Origin: Ruditapes philippinarum
Taxonomy: Eukaryota
Direction: 5' to 3'
DNA: 64,000 nt
Assembly: GCF_026571515.1 (NCBI RefSeq)
Contig: NW_026864815.1
Coordinates: 496,001-560,000 of the forward strand
The position numbers and the translations under genes were made by a program. Shown here in pieces: positions 13,128-25,379 of the stretch. Below the pieces are notes generated by a model that saw only the letters and a program-made list of their open reading frames with translations, ran no database searches and was not told the DNA's origin. The first letter of the stretch is position 1. Every line of letters begins with the position of its first letter.

Positions 13128-13560
13128 AATCAAGCTAGTTTATGGAAAGAATCGGTTGTTCTTTCTCGGGTACCAAAGCTTGGGGTTAGCCCTGAAAATA
13201 ATGCACAAAGAAGCACCTGAGGTCTGCCTCCACAGTAAACAGCTGGGAAGTATTCATATGAGCCCTGTCACGACAAAAAACCAACATAGTGTGTTTGCGA
13301 ACCAGCATTGGATCCAGACCACCTGCGCAGTTCTGATCCAGGATCCATGCTTGTTCGCTTGTCAGTTTCCTCCACTTGTAATAGAGTTGGTAAGCGAACA
13401 GCATGGATCCTGATCAGACTGCACGGATGCGCAGGCTGGTCTGGTTTGATCATGCTGGTCGCAAAACACACTATGTTGTTTGTTTTGTCGTGACACCGCT
13501 CATATGACCTATACAGTGTAAATGTGACTTTACATGTAAGTCCAACAAAACAAACAAATT
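13128..13560 (+). mobile_element. Degenerate main-family SINE split by a MITE insertion
   Basis: SINE core (TGAAAATAATGCAC...CACCTGAGGTCTGCCTCCAC) lies before 13260 and the SINE 3' end (ATATGACCTATACAGTG...CAACAAAACAAAC) after 13501. Confidence 0.75.
13260..13501. mobile_element. Palindromic MITE, GAG...CTC ends, 4-bp ATAT TSD (Sola-like)
   Basis: Long inverted arms; ATAT at 13256-13259 and 13502-13505. Removing it restores the SINE motif CATATGACC. Confidence 0.85.
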
Positions 13561-13813
13561 GATTAAGAAACTAATTAAATGGAATGTGTTTAACTTGTTT
13601 ATGGTAAGGTTTCCGGACCTTGAAAACTTTTGGTTACATTCCTTTATTGATGTATAGAGAGCATAATTACAATGTCACTCACATGAAATGGTTTTTATTT
13701 GTGATGAATCCTAAACATTGTTAATAACTGAAATATTTTACCTTTAAATGCTTAATACCTCAAATGGACGTGTTAATCTTTCAGTCTGGATAAAAATAAT
13801 TATCTTTTTTTTT

Positions 13814-15338
13814 TTAGCTCACCTGTCACAAAGTGACAGGGTGAGCTTTTGTGATCGCTTTTCGTCCGGCGTCCATCCGTCCGTGAACTTTTACTTTAAA
13901 TGACATCTCCTCATAAACCACAAAGCCAATTTCATCCAAACTTCACAGGAATGTTCCTTTGGTGGTCACCTTTAAAAATTGTTCAAAGAATTTAATTCCA
14001 TGCAGAACTCTGGTTGCCATGGCAACCAAAAGAAAAAACTTTAAATATCTTCTTTTAAAAAACCCTAAGAGCTAGAGCTTAGATATTTGGCATGAAACAT
14101 CTTCTAGTGAGTGTCTACCAAGATTGTTCAAATAAAAGCCCTGGGGTCAAAATTGGCCCCGCCCCAGGGGGTCATTGATTTTCCCTATATGCATTTAGTA
14201 AAAACTTAAAAAATCTTCTTTTAAAGAACCCAAAGAGCTAGAGCTTAGATATTTGACATGAAACATCTTCTAGTGAGTGTCTACCATGATTGTTCAAATA
14301 AAAGCCCTGGGGTCAAAATTGGCCCCGTCCCAGGGTGTCATTGATTTTCCCTATATGCATATAGTAAAAACTTAAAAAATCTTTTTTTTAAAGAACTCAA
14401 AGAGCTAGAGCTAAGATATTTAGCATGAAACATGTTCTAATGGGTGTCTACCAAGTTTGTTCAAATAAAAGCCCTGGGGTCAAAATTGGCCCCGCCCCAG
14501 GGGGTCATTGATTTTCCCTACATGTATATGTATATAGTAAAAACTTAAAAAATCTTCTTTTAAAGAACTCAAAGAGCTAGAGCTAAGATATTTAGCATGA
14601 AACATGTTCTAATGGGTGTCTACCAAGTTTGTTCAAATAATAGTCCTGGGGTCAAAATTGGCCCCGCCCCGGGGGTCATTGATTTCCCTTATATATGTGT
14701 ATAGCAAAAACTTAAAAGTATTCTTTGAAAAATTTAAATAGCTAGAGTTAAGATATTAAGCATTAAACATCTTCTAGTGAGTGTCTTCAAAGTTTGTTCA
14801 AATAAAAGCACTGGGGTCAAAATTGGCCCTGCCCCGGGGGGTTATTGATTTTCCTTATATGTGTATAGGAAAAACTTAAAAAACATCTTTGAAAAAACCC
14901 AAATAGCTAGAGTTTAGATATTTAGCATGAAACATGTTCTAGTAAGTGTCTACAAAGTTTGTTCAAATAAAAGCCCTGGGGTCAAAACTGGCCCCGCCCC
15001 AGGGGTGTCATTGTTTTTAACTATATGTGTATAGTAAAAACCTAAAAAATCTTCTTTAAAAAAACCCAATGAGCTACAGCTTAGATGTTTAGCATGAAAC
15101 ATCTTCTTATGGGTGTCTACCAAGTTTGTTTAAATAAAAGCCCTTGGTTAAAATTGGCCCTGCCAGGGGTAGGGGAGGGCAGATCATTGTTTTTCATTAT
15201 AAGTGTGTACATCATGAAACGTCTTCTTATAGGTGTCTTCCAAGTTTGTTCAAATAAAAGCCCTGGGGTTTAAACTGGCCCCGCTCCGGGGGCCTACATA
15301 CAGGTGAGCGACCTTAGGGCCATTATGGCCCTCTTGTT
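13814..15338 (+). mobile_element. Helentron-associated non-autonomous element (HINE/pearl-like) family A with internal ~166-bp tandem array (~8 units)
   Basis: 5' TTAGCTCACCTGTCACAAAGTGACAGGGTGAGC hairpin, (GTCC)n-like tract and tandem units containing CCCTGGGGTCAAAATTGGCCCC. 3' subTIR CAGGTGAGC plus hairpin AGGGCCATTATGGCCCT and CTTGTT end; inserted in a T-run. Second copy at 55392. Confidence 0.88.
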
Positions 15339-15949
15339 TGGTAATATTTCACATTAAACAAATGTATACTGACTGAATAGTGAACAGAGCGGACCATTAC
15401 CAGATAGCATGGATTTTTTAAATGATTTTGGTCTGCTCTATTTGCAAAGGTAGAATCAGTTTTGTCAAGGGTAAACAAACTTGATATCTATCCAAAATAT
15501 GTGGATTGTAATGATCCATTTATATTACTGTAATTGTGTTGTTATCGTAATTCTTATATATTCAAAATGGCAATCTATGTTAATTATGTATTTATTTGAT
15601 TACTGTACAGTATTTTTTTCACACCAGGTAAATCAGTTTTACTTTGTACAGCAAAAATTAAGCAATAATTGAAGTGTTTTGATGTATATTTAATTTAAAA
15701 TTGTGTTAACATTTTGAAATTAAGTTAACATTCCTGATTGTTGTTAATGGTTTTTTAAAGGCAGCATGATTTTGATTTTTGATTTAGTTGGGAAAAGTTA
15801 ACGTTAAAAATATTTTTGATTGTTGTGAAATATGAACATTATGAGGATTTCAGTGAACCGATGTTTTATTGTTTGATATTGCATGGTTAATAGTGCACTG
15901 TGGGATATAGTGTCATGAAATAATGCATTAGTATACATGTAGATGATAC

Positions 15950-16165
15950 AGTAGTTCCTGGGTTAAGCGCTTTCCTATTTGATACCTTTTCTGTTTTGAG
16001 AAACAATCAAGCTAGCTTACAGGCCATTGGTTGTTCTAATTAGATGCCTATTTTTGCCTCAAATAATGCACAGTGCATTACCAGAGGTCCACTCCACCAG
16101 TAAAGCTGGAAAGTCGCCATATGGCATATACTGTTTTGGTGCGACGTGAGATCTAACCAAAGAAA
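15950..16165 (+). mobile_element. Degenerate main-family SINE
   Basis: CAAGCTAGCTTAC...AAATAATGCAC...CTCCACCAGTAAAGCTGGAAAGTCGCCATATG matches the other copies. Confidence 0.7.
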
Positions 16166-16273
16166 AAGTTATCCATAAATACAATGTTATTTCAGGTTAA
16201 TGAATTGCATAGGAAACTGAGAGTATTAGAAGTGCATTTATAAATTGTTGAGAAATCTCAAGAGAAAGCATTA

Positions 16274-17904
16274 TTATACCCCCGCACAACAAAGTTGTAA
16301 GGGGGGTATACTGGAATCAGCTTGTCCGTCCGTCCGTCCGTCCGTCCGGCTGTCCGGCCGTCCGGCCGTCCGTCGGTTTTTCTTGTCCGCCCAATAACTT
16401 AAGATTCCTTTGACCCTTAGTCTTCATATTTGGCATGGAGGTTAGTCATGATTAGTAGATGACCCCTATTGATTTTGAGGTCACTAGGTCAAAGGTCAAG
16501 GTCACAGGGGCCTTGACTTCAAAAAGCTTGTCCGCCCAATAACTTAAGATTCCTTTGACCCTTAGTCTTCATATTTGGCATGGAGGTTAGTCATGATTAG
16601 TAGATGACCCCTATTGATTTTGAGGTCACTAGGTCAAAGGTCAAGGTCACAGGGGCCTTGACTTCAAAAAAGCTTGTCGCCCCAATAACTTAAGATTCCT
16701 TTGACCTACAGTCTTCATATTTGGCATGGAGGTTAGTCATGATTAGTAGATGACCCCTATTGATTTTGAGGTCACTAGGTCAAAGGTCAAGGTCACAGGG
16801 GCCTTGACTTTCAAAAAGCTTGTCTGCCCAATAACTTAAGATTCCTTTGACCTACAGTCGTCATATTTGGCATGGAGGTTAGTCATGATTAGTAGATGAC
16901 CCCTATTGATTTTGAGGTCACTAGGTCAAAGGTCAAGGTCACAGGGGCCTTGACTTCAAAAAGCTTGTCCGCCCAATAACTTAAGATTCCTTTGACCTAC
17001 AGTCGTCATATTTGGCATGGAGGTTAGTCATGATTAGTAGATGACCCCTATTGATTTTGAGGTCACTAGGTCAAAGGTCAAGGTCACAGGGGCCTTGACT
17101 TCAAAAAGCTTGTCCGCCCAATAACTTAAGATTCCTTTGACCTACAGTCGTCATATTTGGCATGGAGGTTAGTCATGATTAGTAGATGACCCCTATTGAT
17201 TTTGAGGTCACCAGGTCAAAGGTCAAGGTCACAGGGGCCTTGACTTCAAAAAGCTTGTCCGCCCAATTATTTAAGATTCCTTTGACCCACAGTCGTCATA
17301 TTTGGCATGGAGGTTAGTCATGATAAGTAGATGACCCCTATTGATTTTGAGGTCATCAGGTCAAAGGTCAAGGTCACAGGGACTTTGACTTCAACAAGTT
17401 TGTCCGCCCAATAACTTAAGATTCCTTTGACCCACAGTCGTCATATTTGGCATTGAGGTTAGTCATGATTAGTAGATGACCCCTTTTGATTTTGAGGTCA
17501 CTGGATCAAAGGTCAAGGTCATAGGGACTTTGACTTCAAAAAGTTTGTCCACCCATTAACTTAAGATTCCTTTGACCCACAGTCTTCATATTTGGCATGG
17601 ATGTTGATCATGACTATAAGGTGACCCCTATTGATTTTGAGGTCACTGGGTCAAAGTTCAAGGTCACAGGGACCTTGAAAAAAAAAAAGCTTTTCTTCTC
17701 AATTGCTAAAGAATGTCCTGTCTGCAATGTATTGATTTTGACATTTTCACATTTGAAGCATGTAGAATACATAACTTAGCAATGCACTGGCTTAGTAACC
17801 TCAGATTTGGCAGGGAGGTTGTCCTTGTGCTCTAAATGGCCACTGTTGATTCTGACAAAGTGGTATGCGGGGGTATTCACGCCAAGATAGTGGCAGTTCT
17901 AGTT
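16274..17904 (+). mobile_element. HINE/pearl-like element family B with ~145-bp internal satellite (9 units)
   Basis: subTIR ATACCCCCGCA ... TGCGGGGGTAT, (GTCC)n microsatellite and CTAGTT end. Units start TTGTCCGCCCAATAACTTAAG at ~16384, 16529, 16675, 16821, 16965, 17110, 17255, 17400 and 17545. Confidence 0.9.
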
Positions 17905-18101
17905 ACATTTAAAAAAAAATTAAGGATGACCTCAAGCTTAAGTTGCTCTAGTCCTTACCTTTAAACATTTGTTAACATATCACTAAGTGTTGTACAATAT
18001 ACATGTATGTCTTGTAAATTTGTAAATATCTCTAGAATTAGCAGGTAATGTTTTAGCATTATGAAAGTGTTACATTTTTTAAACAACAGAATTTTGAAAT
18101 T

Positions 18102-19180
18102 TTTATACCCCCTCACAACAAAGTTGTAAGGGGGGTATACTGGAATCAGCTCGTCCAGCTGGCCGTCGGTTTTTCCTTGTCCGCCCAATAACTAAAGATT
18201 CATCTGGCACACAGTCTTCATATTTTGTATTTAGATTGGTCATGATTAGTAGATGATCCCTATTGATTTGAAGGTCAAAGGTCACAGGGGCCTTGACCAA
18301 AAAAAGCTTGTCCACCCAATATCTTACATTCCTTTGACCCACAGTCTTCATCTTGAACATTGAGGTTAGTCATGATTAGTAGATGACCCCTATTGATTTT
18401 GAGGTCACTGGGTCAAAGGGGCCTTGACTAAAAAAAGCTTGTCCGCCCAATAACTTTAGATTCCTTTGACCAACAGTTTTCATATTTGGCATGGAGGTTA
18501 GTCATGATTGCTAGATGACCCCTATTGATTTTGAGGTCACTGGGTAAAAGATCAAGGTAACAGTGGCCTTGACTAAAAAAAAGCTTTTCCATTCAATTGC
18601 TTAAGAATGCTTTGTTCAACAGTCTTCATATAATATAAATAATATAATATAAAATAGATTTACCAATTAAATCAAAGAGCAAGGTTTACCGTACAATACA
18701 CCGTGTCCATCTCTCTCCACACTGAAACAACTTCCAAATGTACAAATCTACCAGCACAGATGTGTACCAAGCTGTATTTCATACCATATCCTTCTTGCGA
18801 GTATATAGGCACTGGGACTCTCGAAGAATTGATAGTCTCAATCAACTTTCACAATGCACGTCAAGTACTCCAATACTCGGTCACTGAAAACAGTTTCCGC
18901 TTAATAACTTAGTATTAATCAACCTACAGCTGTAAAATTTTATAGGATGAACAGCCAAGTCCAATACATGACACCTATGGATTTTAGGGTCATAAGGTCA
19001 AAGGTCAGGGTCACAATGATCTTTACACTGAAAATTGTGGTTTCTGAAGCATAACTTAAGTTCCATTTGGCCCACAGGGTTCAAACTTCCTAGGATGATT
19101 GTCAATATTGGGTAGAAGACCCCTATTGATTTTGGGGTCACAAGGTCAATGGTCAAGGTCACAGTTACCTTAAAACTGAA
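18102..19180 (+). mobile_element. Second, degraded copy of HINE family B (truncated, interrupted)
   Basis: Same 5' end TTATACCCCCTCACAACAAAGTTGTAAGGGGGGTATACTGGAATCAGC, with divergent GACCCCTATTGATTTTGAGGTCA units to ~18600 and again at ~18970-19170. Confidence 0.75.
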
Positions 19181-20240
19181 AACGGAGGAGTGCTTTTTGA
19201 AGAAGGTAATACTTTATTTAATTCCCATGTCTTACAAATGCTTCATCCTTACTTAAAAAAAAATACTTTCGGGCATATAATGCTCCGCCTAGGGGTGCTC
19301 TTGAGTGATCACCATGTTTTGCATTCTCTGTATTGGAAATCAGGGGAAAGTGTTTTTAGCTCATTTTTAGCTTGTCTGTTTTGAAGAAAAAGGCAGGCTT
19401 TTATGATTGCTGCATTGTCGTTGCTGTTGTTGTCATGCAAAAAAAAAATATTTTAAAAGTTACTAACAGGAAACTTTGGATACTTGCTTATCATGACAAG
19501 GTGCGTTTCTAAGATAACTTAGATAAGGGACATTACTCTGAAAGCTATATTTTTTGGGTTATGCTACTTTTTAACTTATTTTTTTAATGCCTTTTAAGTA
19601 GAATGTTGAAAACTACAAAAGATATTAACATGAAACTTGGAATACTTATTTATCTTGACAAAGCTCAGTTGTTAGACAGGGAGCATAATTCTGAAAGCAA
19701 TATTTTTAAAGTTCTGTCCCCTTTTAACAAAGATTTTTTCTGTGGTCAAAATTGGTTATGGATAGTTATTGCCTTTAACAGACGAGCATTAGCACTCTCA
19801 TTATATTGTGGTGATTGGCTAATATTTTGGTGCAGTTAAATATCTGTCTTTTGACATTTTATTTTGTGCTTTTTTTGTCTGATGTACATTTTGTATTAGA
19901 TTTCATTATTACATGTATTGTGATCACGCTGTCACTTTGTAATTTATTGGACACTTTTCAAATAAAGATGCATTTTTCTTTTTTATCTATGTTAATTTTT
20001 CCTTTAATGTGTGTAATGAGCTTTTAATAAGCAGTATGGGTTTTGAACTTGGGTTATTGGCAAGAAAGTGTCAAGAAATAACCGCAATTTGCATTCTACA
20101 ACAACACTTGACTTCTGACTTTTTAAACATTGTCAGTGATACATATTATACCTTAAAGCATATAATGTCTATTGCCATAAACAAATATGACGTATACAAA
20201 ATATTTACAAACATGTACATTTCAGACTGCTGTATTAATA

Positions 20241-20242
<2 letters not shown>

Positions 20243-20320
<78 letters not shown>
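20243..20320. repeat. (TA)n microsatellite, ~39 units
   Basis: Direct reading. Confidence 0.97.
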
Positions 20321-20324
<4 letters not shown>

Positions 20325-20412
20325 CTACAGCTCCAAAAAGTAATTGAAAAAAAAAACCTGTATCTTTTCTAACATAATTTAACGCTACAATGTATTTATA
20401 AACGAAACACGC

Positions 20413-20814
20413 GGACTTCTCTCTCCCCCCTCGGTGTGTGCATGTCCCGCAGAAGGCAAGATTTGGCAGCTTGGATGATTGATCACCGAGGACGCGTTGT
20501 CTGTTTAAGGTCCGAACGCTGTTGTGTGGCATATAGGCTAGATCCTGAAATGCTTACATCGGGAGTTAAGCTTCTAATGACTCAGCTGCAGATGTCCTGA
20601 ATAAAGCCGAGGGGGGAGGGGGCGACAAAGTAGGCAGGGACGACGAGGGATGTGTACTTGGGTGCGTGAGCCCCTAGCACAGAGAGTGACGACTTGAAAG
20701 GCAGGCCCTTAGCTGGCATAATAGCCCTTTTCAGGGCTACCTTCTCCTTTTCATACTGTTTCAGTTTACTGTACATTTAGGTTCTCATTGACCGCCTTGC
20801 AGTGACCTACTTTT
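20413..20814 (+). ncRNA. Candidate structured non-coding RNA of unknown family (tentative)
   Basis: GC-rich island with long-range stems (20419-20435 with 20606-20622; 20627-20639 with ~20795-20813) that use G-U pairs on the + strand. Also a GNRA-capped hairpin, an upstream TTTATAAA and a terminal TTTT. No family recognised. Confidence 0.3.
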
Positions 20815-21095
20815 GGCCCAAATTCATATCTTTGGCTAATTCTCTGTGGAAATTGCATAGAGTTAAATTATCTACGCTTTGTGCTTCAAAATAAACCCTT
20901 TAAGAGCATAACTGGTGAGATATCAGAGGTTCGTACCTGACAGCAAAGCGGCATATATTGCCTAAAAGGGCTGATGGATCCTCATCAAGCATAGATTACC
21001 GACCGATTATCCAACGAACTTGCAGATTGATATATCTTTTTTATTAAATGAGATAAGCTTGTTTCGTTTGGCCAAACAAATAGATATAATTATAT

Positions 21096-22255
21096 GATAG
21101 ATAGATAGATAATTTATTGACTTATACATTCAGTACATAGTCATATTACACACATTTATATAGTACAATCAAACACAATATCATGGTACATGAACAAAGT
21201 TGTAGCACAAATTTTCAATTTACATATTTTTGGAGAATGAACGTTAACACCATTTAGTACTAAAGTGAGCTTATCTATTATAAAGCGTTTACATTCTTAA
21301 AAATAAAAAAAAAATGGATTTTAAAAAACTTAATCATATGCTGTTTGATAAGTTCCATTTAACAATGTTTCATACTAGACACATTATCAATAATTTCAAA
21401 GAAATAAACAAATACACTTAAACTACAACGAGACAAATTATACATTGATTTACAGAGCAATTTAGTAGTTCAATTCGATGTTTTGTAGCATAATACAAAT
21501 ATTTACCTAAACCTTGATTAATTCAGACTTCTTTTCAGTACTTAATAAATTCAATCAATTTGAACATACTTGGTATTCTGTAGTAGTATTGCTTAATGTA
21601 AAGAGAACGTATATTAGAGTAATTATTACAAACACATATTAAAATGGAATTCCATCTTTATTTCATTACTATCGCAAAGCTGACATATGCGTTCCTCTCG
21701 GGTTAATCTATTAGCACCATATCTACCCTGTTTCAATCCGAAGTTTTATGTGACGATAATCTTAATCTGCTATCCCCAATTTCTAAAAGTTCTGTTATGG
21801 AGAACTTTCAGGTAGTTTGCCATTTTCAAATGAGTTATGCAAATGTACAAATATATATTACAATGGACTGTTTGAAAATGAATCGCTAGAAAGTTTTTTG
21901 CAAAAAGCAGTCAATCACCTTTGTTTAAAAAAGTTTAACAAAATATTGGGCTTCGTATTGAAATGGGTTGTTCCAATCATCAGAAAACCCGTACTCATTT
22001 AATATTCCATGTACTTTAGAAGCCCAACATTGATTGTTGTTTTCATGTAATTCAAACGAAGCGTACATAGCAGTTTTCAAAATGATATTATCGTTTACTA
22101 AATAATGGATAACGACCTAATTCGCTAGCTATAGATTGCTGCAGTACAAATACTTTGTTTCACTCCTAATATAGATTTACAGAATTTAAGATGTAATCGC
22201 TCTATATCCTTTGATTTAGAAAATCCCCAAACAGCACTAGAATAGCTGAGCACAT
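21096..22255 (-). mobile_element. 5'-truncated, decayed non-LTR retrotransposon (LINE, possibly RTEX-like): ORF2 C-terminus and 3' tail
   Basis: The minus strand gives VLSYSSAVWGFSKSKDIERLHLKFCKSILGVKQS...ELGRYP and RIETGRY...REERICQLC...FHF..C (post-RT and CCHC motifs) with stops and frameshifts. It ends with AATAAA followed by a (TATC)n tail at 21096-21118. Confidence 0.85.
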
Positions 22256-23747
22256 CAAACAACATTTTTTTTTACAGAGCGGACAAAAACGCGTCCATTC
22301 TTGTCACGTGACCATGATACACATGCTATATGTTAATGTGTGCTTGCCGGATATTATAAAAGGTTCATGAATTATTAAAACATCTTACTTTATTCCATTG
22401 AATTTAGTTGTTTGTGTTACTTATGGTGTTAAAATGACGTCGACCTTTTCGTATAATTATTATATAAGATTGTTTTAATGTGACATGCTTTGATAAGGAA
22501 ACTTCAAACAATATTTCTGCATCATTTACTTATTGTTTAAGCTGTATTCCATACAAGTCTTCTGCGGAAATGTCATTTCTATTCCTTTTTGTGTGTTGCC
22601 TGTAATTTTCTCGCACTGTGATGACTAAGATATTGAATTAATATAAATGGTCTGTAATTTTTTATCAGTTAATACCCTCTTCTTTATATATTCTAACTGA
22701 CAACGTTACGCATGGACGAACATATTGAAAATGAACACGATCCTATATGTTCATATAAAAAAATAAGGGATCTTAAAGTAATTTAGGATCAGTACGGATA
22801 AGCCCACGACCTGCGATATAGCTAACTGAATCGAAAAAGAAAGGATGCCAGTGAACAAATGACTTACAAAGTTTGAAAAGTGTACAACACTAAAAAACGT
22901 TGCTCTTTTTTTTCTACGTTAGAAACGGTATTCAATGGAATTTTTCTTATGTAAGGTAACAAATTATATTCCCTTTAGGAAGGAAAAGAACTTGTTATTT
23001 TCTAAAGAAAATCTTTATATATATATACCAGTATGTTTTCTTGTGAAGGAATAAAAAAGATTAGAAGATTGAGATATCTTAAAACCAAATAATTACTTAA
23101 ACTCGTCGATTTGTATACATTTCAAGTCTTATAAGAAGATGAGGGATGGTGGGGGATATGCGGCTCAAGTATCTTCCTCTGTTTCATCCTTTCTGGCGTC
23201 ATTACCATGTTTCTTTATAGGGCAATGATAAGCCTTAATGAACATGAAATTTAAATAATCATAATCACAATGTAGTTGGAACAAGAAGTATCTTAAAAGA
23301 TACACGGATTAAGTGATACTTTTTTTACTTGCAAAGATTTTTACAGAGTTTTGTTTTAGATCTAGACAAGATATGTTTCTAAAGGAAATTGTCATCTTGC
23401 ACCTTATTTGGTGTTTTTGTGTATGAACATGCGTTTCGTGAATCGTGAGCGTTATCAGTGGTTGTCCCGTTATTTGGGACAAAAAGTCAGTCCGTCTGAG
23501 ATCGGTTTGACTTCCTGTAAAATTTTCAGGGAAGAACTGCATATAAGATGGATTTTCATTGGTCATTTTAAATTGCAAACTGAAATTCGAATTTCATTAG
23601 CCATTCTAAAATTAGCATAATAATCTAAAGGATCATTCTAAACGTATACACGTCCAAATTATATTAAGGAGTATCGGAAACACATTTTCTTCTTAAATTT
23701 CTTGGATATTTGAGATCTCGGTGAACTTTCTCCCAACAAATATTTTA

Positions 23748-25300
23748 CACTGACCGAGTTGTTCAAAACATTGGTTAAAATTAACCAATGGATAGCTTAT
23801 CCACTGGTTAAATCCTTAACCAGCGGCTAGCTATCCAGTGGATAAAATTTCATTGTTCGACAGTTGGATATTACCCTCGCTACCTAACCAATGGATTGCC
23901 TATTTATCCACTGGTTACGGTACCTCGCGAAAGTACCACAACTAAAACAGGGGTGTTAGTGTTCTGGAAACAAAATGGCCGATTTATTGATAAATAATAA
24001 ATATAGGAGAGTCAGGAAGCTCCCAAAGACTTAATTTTGCATGTTTTGTGCTTTCATGTTTTGGGGATTAATCAAAATGTATATCAAAGGCTTTAAAGTA
24101 TTGGTAGATAATTTTTCCCATAGAAAAAAAATCAAAACATTTTTTTCCAAATTTTGAATTGAAAAAATTACTTCCATTAGATGGGTTTTTATGTTCTAAC
24201 TAAGAAAATGAGTATTTGACATGTGTATGTTTTATAAAAGAATATAAAAGTTATGACTGTTTAACTGAATTTTCTGAACTACAACAACAACAAATTTAGA
24301 TTGAAAAAGGGTTCTTAAAGCACTTTTCAGACATGTTTCAATTTTATCCCATGCATTTCATATGAACTATTCTAGTTAAGAAAAAGTAAGCATATATTTG
24401 TAAGAAAAATCTAGTTTTAAGCAAGTTTTATTGATTTTTACTGTTTTAATGATGATGGCTAACCTCTGGTTAAGGGCATTATCCGGTGGTCATAGGACTG
24501 GTTAAAGTTAACCACTGGATAATGCATTTTATCCATTGGATAAGTTTTGAGCAACAAAATTTATCCAACAGACAAAATTTAAAGTTACATTAAATAAATA
24601 TGTAAAAATATTTTGACGTCGGCCTAATAACCAAGCATTCTACTGTTTTATTAACCTTTTTAACAGCATTGTTGTAAATCTCACAAATATTGTTCATAAA
24701 TTTACGATTTTAAAAACGGAAACCCCACGGCAAACACTAAAGTTCGTATACGAATTTTAACATGGCAAATGAAAGACTTTAATCAGTTCATGATGTGCTG
24801 CACGTCACAGTGTTATAGTTGCTATACAAAACACAGCAGACAAAATACGAGATTTTCATTGCATACACACTTTAACCGTTTTACCTTCACGGTGCACTTG
24901 GCATGGCCGTTCAGGAAAGAGTAATCATCTCAAAAAATATTAAATTTGTATGAAAACACCGTTTCAATGCGTAAATATACCGTTATATTAGGACTGCTAT
25001 TATAGCCATGTTTGTTGATTTAATATTGATGTACGGATGACCCGAAGGGCGGAGTTTCTCATGCAAATTCCGATTTCGCCACAATGAGGTCCAGAATTGA
25101 TGTTATGCTTATAAAAACTCCATTTTGGTTGCCTTGGAGCACCATAATAAGAATCTGGAGTCGACATGAAACCAAATTTTTACTAATGAATTGTCGCTAT
25201 TTCTGTTTTTAAGAAATTCATTTAATGTAGCTTTAACCAGCGGATAATGAATTTAACCACTTGTTAACACTAACCAATGTTTTGAACAACCAGATCGGTG
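23748..25300. mobile_element. Non-autonomous TIR element with TTAACCA/TGGATA subterminal repeats, hosting a nested insertion
   Basis: ~30-bp imperfect TIR with core GTTGTTCAAAACATTGGTTA / TAACCAATGTTTTGAACAAC. TSD not resolved. Confidence 0.75.
24583..25232. mobile_element. TTAA-targeting MITE (Kolobok-like, AG...CT ends) nested in the element above
   Basis: TIR AGTTACATTAAATAAA / TTCATTTAATGTAGCT; TTAA at 24579-24582 and 25233-25236. Removing it restores the host motif AAAATTTAACCAGCGGATAA. Confidence 0.75.
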
Positions 25301-25379
25301 AATATCTTATTCAACATAAGTTACCGCGTTATAAATGATATTCTTTAAATTTACGAGATGACTTTAAATTTTAAAGTCC

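Noticed and set aside
20320-20776. Short ORFs on either strand of the GC-rich island
   Set aside because: No recognisable domain, splice context or continuity; expected by chance at this GC content.
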